A DNA stretch of 61,668 bases, counting the filler. It is 5 parts of 5 records of this genome, joined end to end, with 100 filler letters (N's around TTAATTAATTAA, not from the genome) between each part and the next. Parts side by side here need not be neighbours in the genome. Positions count along the whole stretch, not along the records: positions 28,667 to 52,752 come from DRR723986_9811; 4 more parts are not named here. The stretch is one strand, 5' to 3'. Below, one piece after another: positions 39,718-49,766 of the stretch (the first letter of the stretch is position 1; every line of letters starts with the position of its first letter). A model generated the notes under the pieces. It did not search any database. It worked only from the letters and a program-made list of their open reading frames with translations, and was not told the DNA's origin. Made by a program: the position numbers and the translations under genes.

Positions 39718-41238
39718 CTATCCAACCTGCAATTGGGATTCAACGTGGCGAATCGCATCCTTGATTGACATGCCCCACGCGACGGAGGCACCCGTGCCCT
39801 CGTTCAGCCAGGACTCGACGGTCTTCTCCGCAGATATGACCGTGCTGTGACGCCGCTTACCAAAATACTCGCCGATCTCTTTGTACGCTGCTGGCGTATA
39901 TTTTCGCGCCAGGAACATTGCCAGCATCCTTGGCTGGCTGACTGAACGCATCTTGCTGGACGACTTAAGGCTCTGTGGTTCCAGGCCGAATACGCTGCAA
40001 ACGACCCGATCAATATCGACGATACGAACAACGGGCTGCGTTGCCTGGACTAAGTCAAAGACCGCCTCCCAGGCTTTTTCCCAGCTCAACTCACCTTCGG
40101 CAACACTCGCCGCCGCGGTCAGCCGTTTCGCAATGCCGCACACGACTCGTCCGTCACCACAGCAACGGCTTGCTAGCTGCTGGATGACCTGATCGTCCAG
40201 CTTGACACCTTCGCGCTGCAGCTCGTTGCGAAGCACTGTCTCCCGCAGTTGCTCGTCCAGGGGTGCGATTGGTGCAACTAGCCCGCCTCGCAACCGCCCC
40301 ACGATGTCGCTTCCCAGTGCGTCCAGGTCATTGAGCGACCGGTCAGCGGTGCAAACAACTTGGCGTCCCGCTTTGATCAAGTTGTCGAGCGTGTGCTTGA
40401 CCTCGGCAAGGGTGGATTTCTTTCCGACGAAGAACTGGATATCGTCCAGCACTAGTGCCTGGACGTCACGATACTTTCGCCGAAACATTGGAAGGCCGCC
40501 ACCACGCAGCCCTTCCATAAAGTCATTGGTAAATTGTTCACTGGTCATGTGAACAACGCGGCGCATCCGCTGATCAACCCGCAACTTCCGGGCAATGCTC
40601 GCCGCAATCAGGCTCTTTCCACAACCACTCGGGCCGTGGAAGAAGGCGGGCGAGAGTCGGCCGGGATCGTTAACCGCCAGGGTCGCCGTCGTGTAAGCGA
40701 GTTCATTTGAACTGCCGCGCAATGGCTCAACGATACGGGCCGCGTGCCCGCTTGATTCGCCCGGCGTTGCCTTCAGCGGAACTTTGCGTGCACCAGTTGC
40801 AACTGCTCGAGATTCAGACCGCTCGCTGGCCGCTCCTGGAAAAACAACAATGTCCGGCGCGTGTGTGTCGACAGACTGTTCACGACCAGACGTCGCGCTA
40901 CCAGCAACGGAGGAACTAGGAGGTTCGGTATCACCTGCCCGATTGCTGCTGGTGGTTTGATCGCTGGCAGCATTATCGCTGGCGACGCGGTAGTCGACTT
41001 GTACGTGTTCACCGAGGACCGTTTGCGCGGTCGCCGAAATGTCCTTGCCAAGCATCTTCCGAGCGAGCTGGCAGGCAAAGTCCGTGGCCATTTCGATAAC
41101 CAATACTTGGCCATCGAAGCTCCACGTTGCATCTGAGGATATCCATAAGTCGTAGCGCTCTGAGCTGATCCTATTGACCAGAGCAGATCGCACCATCGCC
41201 GCGACATCCATTTCGCTCTGGTTCAGTCCGTATGCCAT
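39718..41238 (-). CDS. dnaA: Chromosomal replication initiator DnaA (divergent paralog)
   Basis: Domain I W, Walker A GPSGCGKS, FRRKYR..LVLDDIQF, domain IV PRMLAMFLAR...EIG.YFG.R.HSTV. Confidence 0.88.
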   Translation of the reverse strand: MAYGLNQSEMDVAAMVRSALVNRISSERYDLWISSDATWSFDGQVLVIEMATDFACQLARKMLGKDISATAQTVLGEHVQVDYRVASDNAASDQTTSSNRAGDTEPPSSSVAGSATSGREQSVDTHAPDIVVFPGAASERSESRAVATGARKVPLKATPGESSGHAARIVEPLRGSSNELAYTTATLAVNDPGRLSPAFFHGPSGCGKSLIAASIARKLRVDQRMRRVVHMTSEQFTNDFMEGLRGGGLPMFRRKYRDVQALVLDDIQFFVGKKSTLAEVKHTLDNLIKAGRQVVCTADRSLNDLDALGSDIVGRLRGGLVAPIAPLDEQLRETVLRNELQREGVKLDDQVIQQLASRCCGDGRVVCGIAKRLTAAASVAEGELSWEKAWEAVFDLVQATQPVVRIVDIDRVVCSVFGLEPQSLKSSSKMRSVSQPRMLAMFLARKYTPAAYKEIGEYFGKRRHSTVISAEKTVESWLNEGTGASVAWGMSIKDAIRHVESQLQVG

Positions 41239-41845
41239 GCTCGGCGCGCACTCCTATCGGTCAACTGCCGCGCGAAATCCTGCGCAGGCTTCGGTCCTAT
41301 TTGACGCTCGTGGCAAACCATGCCACGCTCCAATGCCATGTCCAGTACTTAAATAGAAGGGCCACTAGCTATCCACTGGACCACGTGCCTAATGCACGTG
41401 ATGGTGACGCTCTTCCCGTCACCGGCGAGCGTAATCTTAGGATTGCTAGCAATGGTGTCAAATTTAAAAACCAATGCCATATCACCGCGTTGAAGCAAAG
41501 CGTAGTTTGACCAACAATCGCGTGGCTCACAGCGTTTCTTTAGCCATCGGGTATGGTACCAGACATTCTTTTTCGTGACTGCCCAAGATCGTGGAAAAAG
41601 TGTCGACTTCGTCAGCGGACATGCTCAGAACCCGCCCCCACTTTCGCAGTAACTAGCGAATGAGAAACGACTTACGGCTTCGCAAAACCTTCACGTTGTT
41701 AGCTAACACGTTGCCCCCGAGTTGGGCCCCTGCAAAGGCGGCGGGATGCCGCCATTCTGGTCAGCATTTGGGTTAAACTGGTGCCGCTTAACTAGCTACC
41801 TAAACTCTGCCCAGCCGGTCGCGTTTACCAAGAACCCTCAATTAA

Positions 41846-42574
41846 GTGAAACTATCCATGCTCCGATCGCTTGCCTGTTTGATCGTTATCGTTTCGTCTA
41901 GCCTAGCCACAGCCGAAGACCGGATGAAGGTGGTGCTCAAAGACGATTTCGAGCGCAAGGAGTCGGACGATAAGCTCGAGCAAGTTGGTGGTGGTTGGCA
42001 AACCAATAGCAAGAGTCGTGCCGGTGGGCATAAACAGGTTGACTTGTCCGACGGCACCATGCGTATCAAAATGCATCCGACCGCTGACCACGCAGTATCG
42101 GTTCGACACGACGCAGCCTTCCGCGACGGCCGAGTTGTCGTTCGCTTCAAACTTGAAAACGAGAAAGACTCTCTCGGACTCAACTTCGCCGACCCAACAC
42201 TGAAGACCGTGCATGCAGGACATCTTTTCAAAGTCACCACAAACCTGAAACGTCTTGAAATCGCGGATCTGAAGACAGGCGTCATGGATCTGGAAACCCG
42301 GAAAGCTCGCCTAGCCAACAAGCTCTCAGCGGCGCGACAAGCCGAGCTAAAGACGAAGAAGAAGCAGTTTCCGGTCAAGCTTGTTCAGAATCAGTGGCAT
42401 GAAATTCAAGTCGACGTTACTGGCGACAAGATTTCAGTCCAGCTCGACGGCAAACCAGCCGGTGAATTTCAGTCAGAAGGATTCAAGCACCCGACCAAGA
42501 AAATGATACGCCTCGCCGTCCCTAAGGAGGCTGTAGTCGACAACATCATGATCGCCGCCCGACAGGACGGTTAA
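41846..42574 (+). CDS. Secreted concanavalin/DUF1080-like protein
   Basis: Signal peptide, LKDDFER, and WHEI.V...GD.I.V..DG beta-sandwich pattern. Confidence 0.6.
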   Translation: MKLSMLRSLACLIVIVSSSLATAEDRMKVVLKDDFERKESDDKLEQVGGGWQTNSKSRAGGHKQVDLSDGTMRIKMHPTADHAVSVRHDAAFRDGRVVVRFKLENEKDSLGLNFADPTLKTVHAGHLFKVTTNLKRLEIADLKTGVMDLETRKARLANKLSAARQAELKTKKKQFPVKLVQNQWHEIQVDVTGDKISVQLDGKPAGEFQSEGFKHPTKKMIRLAVPKEAVVDNIMIAARQDG

Positions 42575-42607
42575 ACGCCTGACCAGCTCCTGCCGCGACT
42601 CCGCCGC

Positions 42608-42973
42608 CTAAAAGACTCCACCGTGCGTGGAACCATCTCGGCCGATAAGGCGAATCTGTCCATCAGGGTAGTCCAACCGAAAGATCTGCCCACCGTTGCA
42701 TCGCTTGATCACCGTCCCCTCTGGAATGTCAACATTTGATAATTCCGCGGGAAGCTCATCCGCCGGAATGACTTCACCGGTGGGAAAGTATGTATCGAGC
42801 GTCGGCTCGGCGAAAAGATCATCAACGATCGCGCAACCGCTGATGCATACCAGGCAGAATAACCCGAGCGCGAGAGCCGACAATACTGAAGGACCATTTG
42901 CAATCGTCTGTGTCTTCAAAGCCCGTGATCTCCAATACCGCAACACTATTCTCGACCTCTTGTGGGTAGCCAT
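42608..42973 (-). CDS. Hypothetical lipoprotein
   Basis: Hydrophobic stretch ending in lipobox ISGC. The start is uncertain. Confidence 0.5.
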   Translation of the reverse strand: MATHKRSRIVLRYWRSRALKTQTIANGPSVLSALALGLFCLVCISGCAIVDDLFAEPTLDTYFPTGEVIPADELPAELSNVDIPEGTVIKRCNGGQIFRLDYPDGQIRLIGRDGSTHGGVF

Positions 42974-43099
42974 TCGGTAAACGTCGATTATGGAATCACA
43001 GGCCGTAGCAACATTGCTACCAAATTACCGATCCGCTAGTAAATAGGACTGCGCTGCAAGCCAGGGAATGTGAACGACTCCTGAGGTAACTGACAAGCT

Positions 43100-43690
43100 A
43101 TGACCAATCCGTACCAGTCGTCGGGAACGCCCGAATACGCTGGCCAAATGCCGCAGTGGTATTTGCTGCTGCAGCAACTCTATTGGCCGCTTTGGTTAGT
43201 TGGAAGCGCTTTGATAGCGTGTTCTTGGCTGGGCATCGTCTCGCAGCAGACTGGCTGGGTCGGCTTCGCGATTGCTGGCCTGGCTGCCCTTGGCTCGTAC
43301 GTCTTGCCGTCGATTGTCGGCGGAGCGCAGGAGCACACGGTTGTTCTCGACACGCGGTTGCTGCACGCTAAGAACTCCTCCTACACCGAAGCCCTAGATA
43401 AGTTCTCTCAAGGCGCGATGCTGCTGTACGACGGAGTTTATTTCGCTTTTCGCCCGAACAATGAACTTGCTTGTGGCATCGCTGCTGACTCAGTCGACAT
43501 CAGCCAAGAAGAGGCTCTCGAGGTCGCCGATCACGCCTACAATGCTTTTGACACTCTGTGCGACTCGTCCCCAAGATTCGCTTCCCTGGTCGCGGGCCAC
43601 TCGTTTCGCATATCCATCATGTCTGATCCACAAACTGGTGGCACTGAACTATTCCGTGTCATCAATCGCGAAATTCACCCCCGCGATTGA
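43100..43690 (+). CDS. Hypothetical membrane protein
   Basis: NPYQS N-terminus common in planctomycete proteins, two TM segments, GAGG RBS. Confidence 0.65.
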   Translation: MTNPYQSSGTPEYAGQMPQWYLLLQQLYWPLWLVGSALIACSWLGIVSQQTGWVGFAIAGLAALGSYVLPSIVGGAQEHTVVLDTRLLHAKNSSYTEALDKFSQGAMLLYDGVYFAFRPNNELACGIAADSVDISQEEALEVADHAYNAFDTLCDSSPRFASLVAGHSFRISIMSDPQTGGTELFRVINREIHPRD

Positions 43691-43712
43691 ATCATTGCCG
43701 CGCCGAGTCTGA

Positions 43713-43739
43713 TGCGGGGAGGTCTTGAGCCCCCCCGCG
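43713..43739. terminator. GC-rich hairpin between convergent genes
   Basis: GCGGGGAGG...CCCCCCCGC imperfect stem, without a strong U tract. Confidence 0.35.
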
Positions 43740-43761
43740 TCCAATTCGATCGGCCCGCAGT

Positions 43762-45420
43762 CTAAAGAGCAAAGTAGACGTATACGGAAACGGCGAACAC
43801 GCAAAGAATTGCACCGACGACCGGAGCTGGCCCCCATGGCGTGAGGTCGACCGCTTTGACATCAAGTTGCTCGTAGGCTGACTCACGTCGCAGTCCAACT
43901 TGTGAAAGGACAAGCTGCAGGACGACCAGGAGCGCAAAGACCGCCCCCATATAGTGAAACGGGCTGCCAAAGGTCGTTGCAAGCCAGCCTTTATCTCCAC
44001 CACTGAAGAAGGTCCCGATGACCATCAGGACTAGCCCGAGTAGCAGTGTGATGAGCGCCGTTCGGCCATCGGCCCAACGATTGAAGAGGCCGACAAGGAT
44101 GACGGCGGCTAATGGAATGAAGTACACGCCGTTGAGTTCTTGGAAGAAACTGAACACTTCGTCGCGCCCGTAGAACGCAAGTGGAGCGGCGATGACGGCG
44201 AGTACAGCGACGACGAAACTACAAATTTGGCCGGAACGTCGCACTTGTGCGCCCGTTGCCGACGGATGCAGGTACTGTTTGTAGACATCGAGCGAGAAGA
44301 GCGTCGCCGCCGAATTAAGGACTGAGTTGAAGGTCGATAGTATGGAACCAGTCACCACGGCGGCAAAGAAGCCCAACAGCCACTGGGGCAACACGCGAGC
44401 TACGAGTGCACCGTAAGCACGACTCGTATTCCAGTCTCCCTCGTCGGTTTTGCCGACTGCTTCAATCATCTGTGCGTCTTCCGCAGTAATCACCAGGTAC
44501 GCGGCTGCGATACCAGGCAACACCAGGATGAGCGGTGCAAGTATCTTAAAGAACGCGGCCAGCAAAACCCCCTTCTGCCCCTCGGCAAGGTTCTTGGCTC
44601 CGAAAGTTCGCTGAATAATCTGCTGGTTTGTCGTCCAGTAGAAGAAATTCAGCAGGAGAACTCCGGTGAAAAGCGTTGGCCAGTGAGTTGATTCATCTGC
44701 CGTTCCCAGCGATTGAAATGCATCAGGGTTGGCTTCCTGTATCTTTTCAAATGCACCTGTAAATCCACCCTCGCTGTCTCCGATCAACTGCAACGAGAAG
44801 AAAGTGATCATCAGGCCACCGACCAACAGCCCCGCGCCGTTGAAAGTGTCACTCACGGCAATTGCCCTCAATCCGCCGAAGATCGCATAGGCTCCTCCCA
44901 GCGTCGCGATGAAAACGAGCAGAATCCAAATCATCGTCAGCTCATCGAAACCGAACTGAATATGCAGCTTCAGCATTCCATTCAGACCGTTTGCTCCCAG
45001 GAAGAGAACAAACGGGAGCAGGATCATCATGTAGGCGACGATGAAAATTGCCGCCGTAACCGATCGTACCGAGCGCCCGTATCGCGTCTCCAGGAATTGT
45101 GGAATGGTTGCAATGCCAGATTTCAAGTACCGAGGCAGGAACACCAGCGCCAAGATAACCAACGAAATACCAGCGACGACCTCCCAACACATGACCGACA
45201 GTCCATCCTTGAAGGAATCGCCGTTGAGTCCAACGAGTTGTTCAGTGGACAGGTTTGTCAGGAGCAGCGATCCGGCAATGAACACTCCGGTCAGGCTACG
45301 CCCGGCAAGGAAGTAGCCTTCGTCGCTTTCCACATCACTGTTTCTCGTCAGCCGCCACGTCAGGAACGCGACCAGACCGGTGAAGAACGCGAATGAGATC
45401 ATCGTTGTGGCGTGTTCCAT
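43762..45420 (-). CDS. Solute:sodium symporter (SSS, YidK-like)
   Basis: GYFLAGRSL, SLLLTNLSTEQLVGLNG, GGLRAIAVSD, YWTTNQQIIQR, SAATLFSLDVY. Confidence 0.94.
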   Translation of the reverse strand: MEHATTMISFAFFTGLVAFLTWRLTRNSDVESDEGYFLAGRSLTGVFIAGSLLLTNLSTEQLVGLNGDSFKDGLSVMCWEVVAGISLVILALVFLPRYLKSGIATIPQFLETRYGRSVRSVTAAIFIVAYMMILLPFVLFLGANGLNGMLKLHIQFGFDELTMIWILLVFIATLGGAYAIFGGLRAIAVSDTFNGAGLLVGGLMITFFSLQLIGDSEGGFTGAFEKIQEANPDAFQSLGTADESTHWPTLFTGVLLLNFFYWTTNQQIIQRTFGAKNLAEGQKGVLLAAFFKILAPLILVLPGIAAAYLVITAEDAQMIEAVGKTDEGDWNTSRAYGALVARVLPQWLLGFFAAVVTGSILSTFNSVLNSAATLFSLDVYKQYLHPSATGAQVRRSGQICSFVVAVLAVIAAPLAFYGRDEVFSFFQELNGVYFIPLAAVILVGLFNRWADGRTALITLLLGLVLMVIGTFFSGGDKGWLATTFGSPFHYMGAVFALLVVLQLVLSQVGLRRESAYEQLDVKAVDLTPWGPAPVVGAILCVFAVSVYVYFAL

Positions 45421-45691
45421 CTTTCCTCTTCTATCTCCATACTGCCTTGCTTCAGCTTCAACAGCCAGTTCCAGCGATCAGTACAATGACGACTCTCCAA
45501 CCGTTGTTGGGTTCCAGGCTGGTAACGCTTCGTACGTGTACCAGCGGAACGAAGTTGTCGTTAGGGGCAAGATCTTGCCGCAAGGAGATCTTACCGGAAA
45601 AGCGTTGCACCGCCATGAACGATAGCGTCGGACAACTAGATTATTTTGTCAGTAATCTGGACCTTACAAACCAATACGTAGCTCGACCGAG

Positions 45692-45730
45692 TTCGGCCAA
45701 AGGATTTCGGCCAAAGGATTTCGGCCAAGG
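45692..45730. repeat. Tandem repeat TTCGGCCAAAGGAT x about 2.8
   Basis: 14-nt unit at 45692, 45706 and partially 45720; intergenic. Confidence 0.85.
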
Positions 45731-45770
45731 TATCCAGGCCAGAGCTTTGCCACGGGATCGGTGGTTCTCT

Positions 45771-46694
45771 ATGCAAAATCGGTACAACTCAATTCTCGGC
45801 AGTTTGCTTGGGCACGTGTTTGCGGATGCCTTGGGAGCGACCTTTGAAGGTGTCCCCCTCGAACACCTGCGGCAGCGTTTCGGTGGTGCGGACGAAGTCT
45901 ATCAAACGTCGCTATCGCGCAGCGAACTGAAGTACACCGATGACGGACAGATGATGTTGGCTGTCGCTGAGTACCTTTGCGAGCGCGACACGATCGAACC
46001 TAACCAACTGATGCGATACTTTGTCAGGGCATATGAGGCTTGGCGAGGCTACGGGCGCGGTAAGCGTGTGCTTATCGAAGCCTTTCGGGACCAGGCCGAC
46101 TATGATTTCATGGCGGGGCATCTTTTCCCCGGTGGATCGCTGGGAAATGGCGGTGCAATGCGCAGCTCACCAATTGGCCTTAGATTCGTCTTTGAATTTG
46201 AACGCATTCGTGAACAGGCGAAAAGCAGTGCTTGGCCCACACACCGCCACGAGCTAGGCATCGAGGCGGCGCAGTTGCTTGCACTGGCCACTTCATTGGC
46301 ACTCACCGAAGATCACATCTCGCCACAGAATCTAAGCAGTTTATTGCTGCCGCACTGTGCAACAATCGTCTTTCAAAAACGCATTCAATTGCTTGCCACA
46401 GTTGAATCTGATTCGGACTTAGCCCAGTTCGGAAATGGGATCGAAGCCCACGAGTCCGTGGTTACATCGTTGGCATGCTTTTCACTGTTTCCAGAGGATT
46501 ATGAAATGGCGGTTTCGCATGCTTTTTGGCAAGGTGGCGACACCGACACAATTGGTGCGATGACCGGCGCACTTGTTGGAGCTAGAATTGGGCCAACGTT
46601 TCGCACTGGCTTACCAATGGAAAAACTTGAAGAGGGTCAACCATTTTACGCCTACCTCGAGAAACTCGCTGGCCGGTTGGCTGAACGGTCGTAG
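45771..46694 (+). CDS. ADP-ribosylglycohydrolase family protein
   Basis: G...ADALG..FE, YTDDGQM, GNGGAMR, TH, GGDTDTIGAMTGAL.GA. Confidence 0.93.
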   Translation: MQNRYNSILGSLLGHVFADALGATFEGVPLEHLRQRFGGADEVYQTSLSRSELKYTDDGQMMLAVAEYLCERDTIEPNQLMRYFVRAYEAWRGYGRGKRVLIEAFRDQADYDFMAGHLFPGGSLGNGGAMRSSPIGLRFVFEFERIREQAKSSAWPTHRHELGIEAAQLLALATSLALTEDHISPQNLSSLLLPHCATIVFQKRIQLLATVESDSDLAQFGNGIEAHESVVTSLACFSLFPEDYEMAVSHAFWQGGDTDTIGAMTGALVGARIGPTFRTGLPMEKLEEGQPFYAYLEKLAGRLAERS

Positions 46695-46802
46695 GGCGAC
46701 GCACCTTCAATCGTCAAGACGTGAATGTGCGGGCAGCCCCGATTGAATCAATTGGAGCCGCGCCTGCCAAGAATGACGCGAGCTCCATTGGTCGTTTGAG
46801 CT

Positions 46803-48173
46803 CTAGGCTCCGATCCCTTCGATTTCGTAGCCCTCGCGGTATGGGCGAGCGAGCATTGAGTTTGCCAGCTCGTCACCGACAATCTGCTCAGCCTTGTCGT
46901 CCCATTTCACCTCGCGACCAAGTCGAGCGGAAATGCCTGCCAAGTGACAGATGTTGAGCATCTTCATATGAGAATGAACGTCGGAAATCGGCTCTTGCCC
47001 GGTGCGGACGCAGTGTAAGAAGTTTGCCCAGTGAGCCTTGCGTTCGTTCTGCTCCATAGGCAACCCCTTGTATACCTTCGCAATTGAATCATCGGGCAGT
47101 GGGTTGTCCTTGAGCGCCTCGACGGGAGCGCCGACTAGTCGCCGTCGATTGACGAAGATGCGACCTTTGTCTCCTTCGATCAAGATACCATTATCGGTAT
47201 CGTTCCGAATGTCCATTTCAACGCCATTGGCCCACTTGGCGGTGAACAAGAACTTGGTGGCCGTGTTGTAGCGGTCCGTCTGCTGCGGAATGCCATCCAC
47301 GAACTCAACGGGGTGTTCCGACGATCCACCCAATGAAACGGGGCCAGCGGTTGTTCCGTTCAGTTGCAGAGCCCATGTGGCGATGTCAACATGGTGGGCT
47401 CCCCAGTCAGTCAGCTTTCCGCCGGAGTACTCGTACCACCAACGGAATTCATAGTGGCAGTTTGTCTTGGGACGTCGTCCGCCAGGGAGAATTCTATAGT
47501 CCGTTGCTGGGGCAGGCCCAAGCCAAGCGTCCCAGTTCAAACTCTTGGGAGCTTCAGCGATTGGAATTTCCGGACTGGTGGGAGCACTGCCAATTGCTGC
47601 GGTGACCTTCTTGATTTTGCCCAAGCGTCCGTCGGCAACGATCGCCATCGCCTTTACAAACAAATTGAACGTACTTCGTTGCTGTGTTCCGACCTGAACG
47701 ATAGCCCCAGTGTCCTTTTGAACTTTGCGAATCAACTTCCCTTCGTCGATTGTCAGCGTTAACGGTTTCTCGCAGTAGACGTGCTTGCCAGCTAGCATCG
47801 CCTCAACAAGTGGCTTGGTGTGCCAGTGGTCGGGTGTCGCAATGTGAATCGCATCCAAGTCATCTCGGTCGATGACCTTTCGATAGTCTTCGTAGACGTC
47901 CGCTTTACCACCACTCATGCGATTATTGGAGGATTCAGCCCGTGCGGCATCAACGTCCGCAATAGCCACCACATCGACCCACTGTTTTGCGGAGTTCATA
48001 TTGCCGTTGGCCATGCCGCCAGCACCGATGACCCCCATTCGAAAGCGGTCCTTCTTAATCTCAGAGGCCAGAGTCTTTGGTTGTGAAGAGAAGTACGGGA
48101 CGAAGCCGGTCGCCGCAGCGCCCAATGCGGCGTGCTTGACGAATTGGCGGCGGTCGTTTCGTTTATTGCTCAT
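46803..48173 (-). CDS. Gfo/Idh/MocA oxidoreductase with Tat signal
   Basis: RRQFVK, GVIGAGG, ATPDHWH, YCEKP, QVGTQQRS, DWGAHHVD. Confidence 0.93.
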   Translation of the reverse strand: MSNKRNDRRQFVKHAALGAAATGFVPYFSSQPKTLASEIKKDRFRMGVIGAGGMANGNMNSAKQWVDVVAIADVDAARAESSNNRMSGGKADVYEDYRKVIDRDDLDAIHIATPDHWHTKPLVEAMLAGKHVYCEKPLTLTIDEGKLIRKVQKDTGAIVQVGTQQRSTFNLFVKAMAIVADGRLGKIKKVTAAIGSAPTSPEIPIAEAPKSLNWDAWLGPAPATDYRILPGGRRPKTNCHYEFRWWYEYSGGKLTDWGAHHVDIATWALQLNGTTAGPVSLGGSSEHPVEFVDGIPQQTDRYNTATKFLFTAKWANGVEMDIRNDTDNGILIEGDKGRIFVNRRRLVGAPVEALKDNPLPDDSIAKVYKGLPMEQNERKAHWANFLHCVRTGQEPISDVHSHMKMLNICHLAGISARLGREVKWDDKAEQIVGDELANSMLARPYREGYEIEGIGA

Positions 48174-48611
48174 CGTGGTTATCCTCGGTGCTGAGTGGTG
48201 GGAGTTTAAGGTGGGATGTTTTTGTGCGAGCGTCATTCTGCTCCGAGAAGCATTCATGACAAGCGGCATTCGAGCGGCGTCGAGCTATTGCAACTGTCCA
48301 TTCCGCAGGCACATTGTAATCGCTTAGCAGAGTAATAGCTTAGCAGACCGGACGTTGACATTGCAAAGTCGTCACCTGTACCACCCGAGCAAACCCTTAG
48401 TTGCTCGCGTTCCGATCGTAACCGAAAATTCAGAATCGTCTGCCGAAGCGCCCGCCTCACCCCCTTCAGAGCCAGCCAGTCAGCTACCACAGATCAGCCC
48501 TGCTTCGTTAAGTGTTGCGCGTTCGCTAGTGCTACGCGATCAGCAGCTCATATCGCCAACCATGCGGGGCCGGTGAATTCCAAGGTCTCCTTGAGTCGAC
48601 CATAGCTAAAG

Positions 48612-49523
48612 ATGAATATCCACAACGTACAGTCACCTCCCGACACCGAGCTGAAAATTCTGTCTTTGCTACCAGGTGCAACGGAAATTGTCTGTGCGGT
48701 GGGCGCGGAGAATCGGCTCGTCGGCGTGTCGCACGAATGCGACTACCCAGAAACTGTGCAAGCGCTGCCAACGGTGACTCAGTCGAACATTCCGAGCAAC
48801 TTGAACAGTGGTGATATTGACGCTGCAGTGCGTCAGTCTGCTGCTGACCAACAGTCGCTGTACAGCATTGACGTCGACACAATAAAGTCGTTGCAACCCA
48901 ATGTTATCCTAACTCAATCGCTTTGCGACGTTTGCGCAGTAAGTAAGTCAGACTTGCAAAAGGTATTTGAAGTCCTTGACAAGCCGCCCCGAGTCGTCGA
49001 TGTCTCGGCACAGACGCTTGCAGATGTTCTTGACAGTGTCCGCGTGGTGGGCCAAGTACTCGACATGGAACGATCAGCCAAGGAGTTGGTTTCAGGCTTG
49101 CAGCAGCGAATCGATCGCATTCGTGACCTCACCCAGCGAGAGCCGCGGCGCGACGTCCTGTTGCTTGAATGGTTGGATCCGCCATTTGCCGCTGGACATT
49201 GGAATCCCGAGCTGATTGAACTGGCTGGAGGCCGCGATCCATTTGGTTCGCCCGGAGCCGCTTCGCAGCAGTTGACGTGGTCGCAAATCCAAGAGCGACA
49301 ACCGGAAGTCATCATTGTCGCTTGCTGTGGATTCACCGCCGAGCGAACTCTAGCAGAATTGCCAGCCCTGGAGTCCAATCCGGCTTGGCGAAGCTTGAAC
49401 GCGGTCCAATCGGGCAAAGTGGTCGTACTTGACGGCTCAGCCTACTTCAATCGGCCCGGCCCGCGGTTGGTCGATGGACTCGAGCATCTCGCACGTGCGA
49501 TCCACCCTCCGAAAACTTCCTAG
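48612..49523 (+). CDS. Cobalamin/iron-siderophore-type ABC substrate-binding protein (BtuF-like)
   Basis: ILSLLPGATEIV, VGVSHECDYP, TQSLCDVCAV, EWLDPP..AGHW, FNRPGPRL. Confidence 0.88.
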   Translation: MNIHNVQSPPDTELKILSLLPGATEIVCAVGAENRLVGVSHECDYPETVQALPTVTQSNIPSNLNSGDIDAAVRQSAADQQSLYSIDVDTIKSLQPNVILTQSLCDVCAVSKSDLQKVFEVLDKPPRVVDVSAQTLADVLDSVRVVGQVLDMERSAKELVSGLQQRIDRIRDLTQREPRRDVLLLEWLDPPFAAGHWNPELIELAGGRDPFGSPGAASQQLTWSQIQERQPEVIIVACCGFTAERTLAELPALESNPAWRSLNAVQSGKVVVLDGSAYFNRPGPRLVDGLEHLARAIHPPKTS

Positions 49524-49766
49524 ACCAATGCAGTACCGCACAACGCCCCCAGAAGCCGCGTCATCAAACGCCCCGTCCTTAACGCCACAAGATGTCACAA
49601 CGCCGTCACGAACTGCCCTTCCTAGCCCACTTAGGGGGTGCAAGGCGGCTGTGTTAGGTTCGAAAGGGAATTCAGGGTACAATGGAGTAGTGTCTTTCGC
49701 TAAGCAAACAGACCAATAACAGAGTAAGTCTGCTTTGCGGATTCTGAGCCAGGATGGAGCATCGTC

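Noticed and set aside
45393-45770. N-terminal extension of the ADP-ribosylglycohydrolase ORF
   Set aside because: It overlaps the divergent symporter start and a 14-nt tandem repeat; family similarity begins only at ATG 45771.
48270-48611. Cobalamin riboswitch upstream of the BtuF-like gene
   Set aside because: I could not find the conserved GGGAA / B12-box elements; a covariance-model search would settle it.
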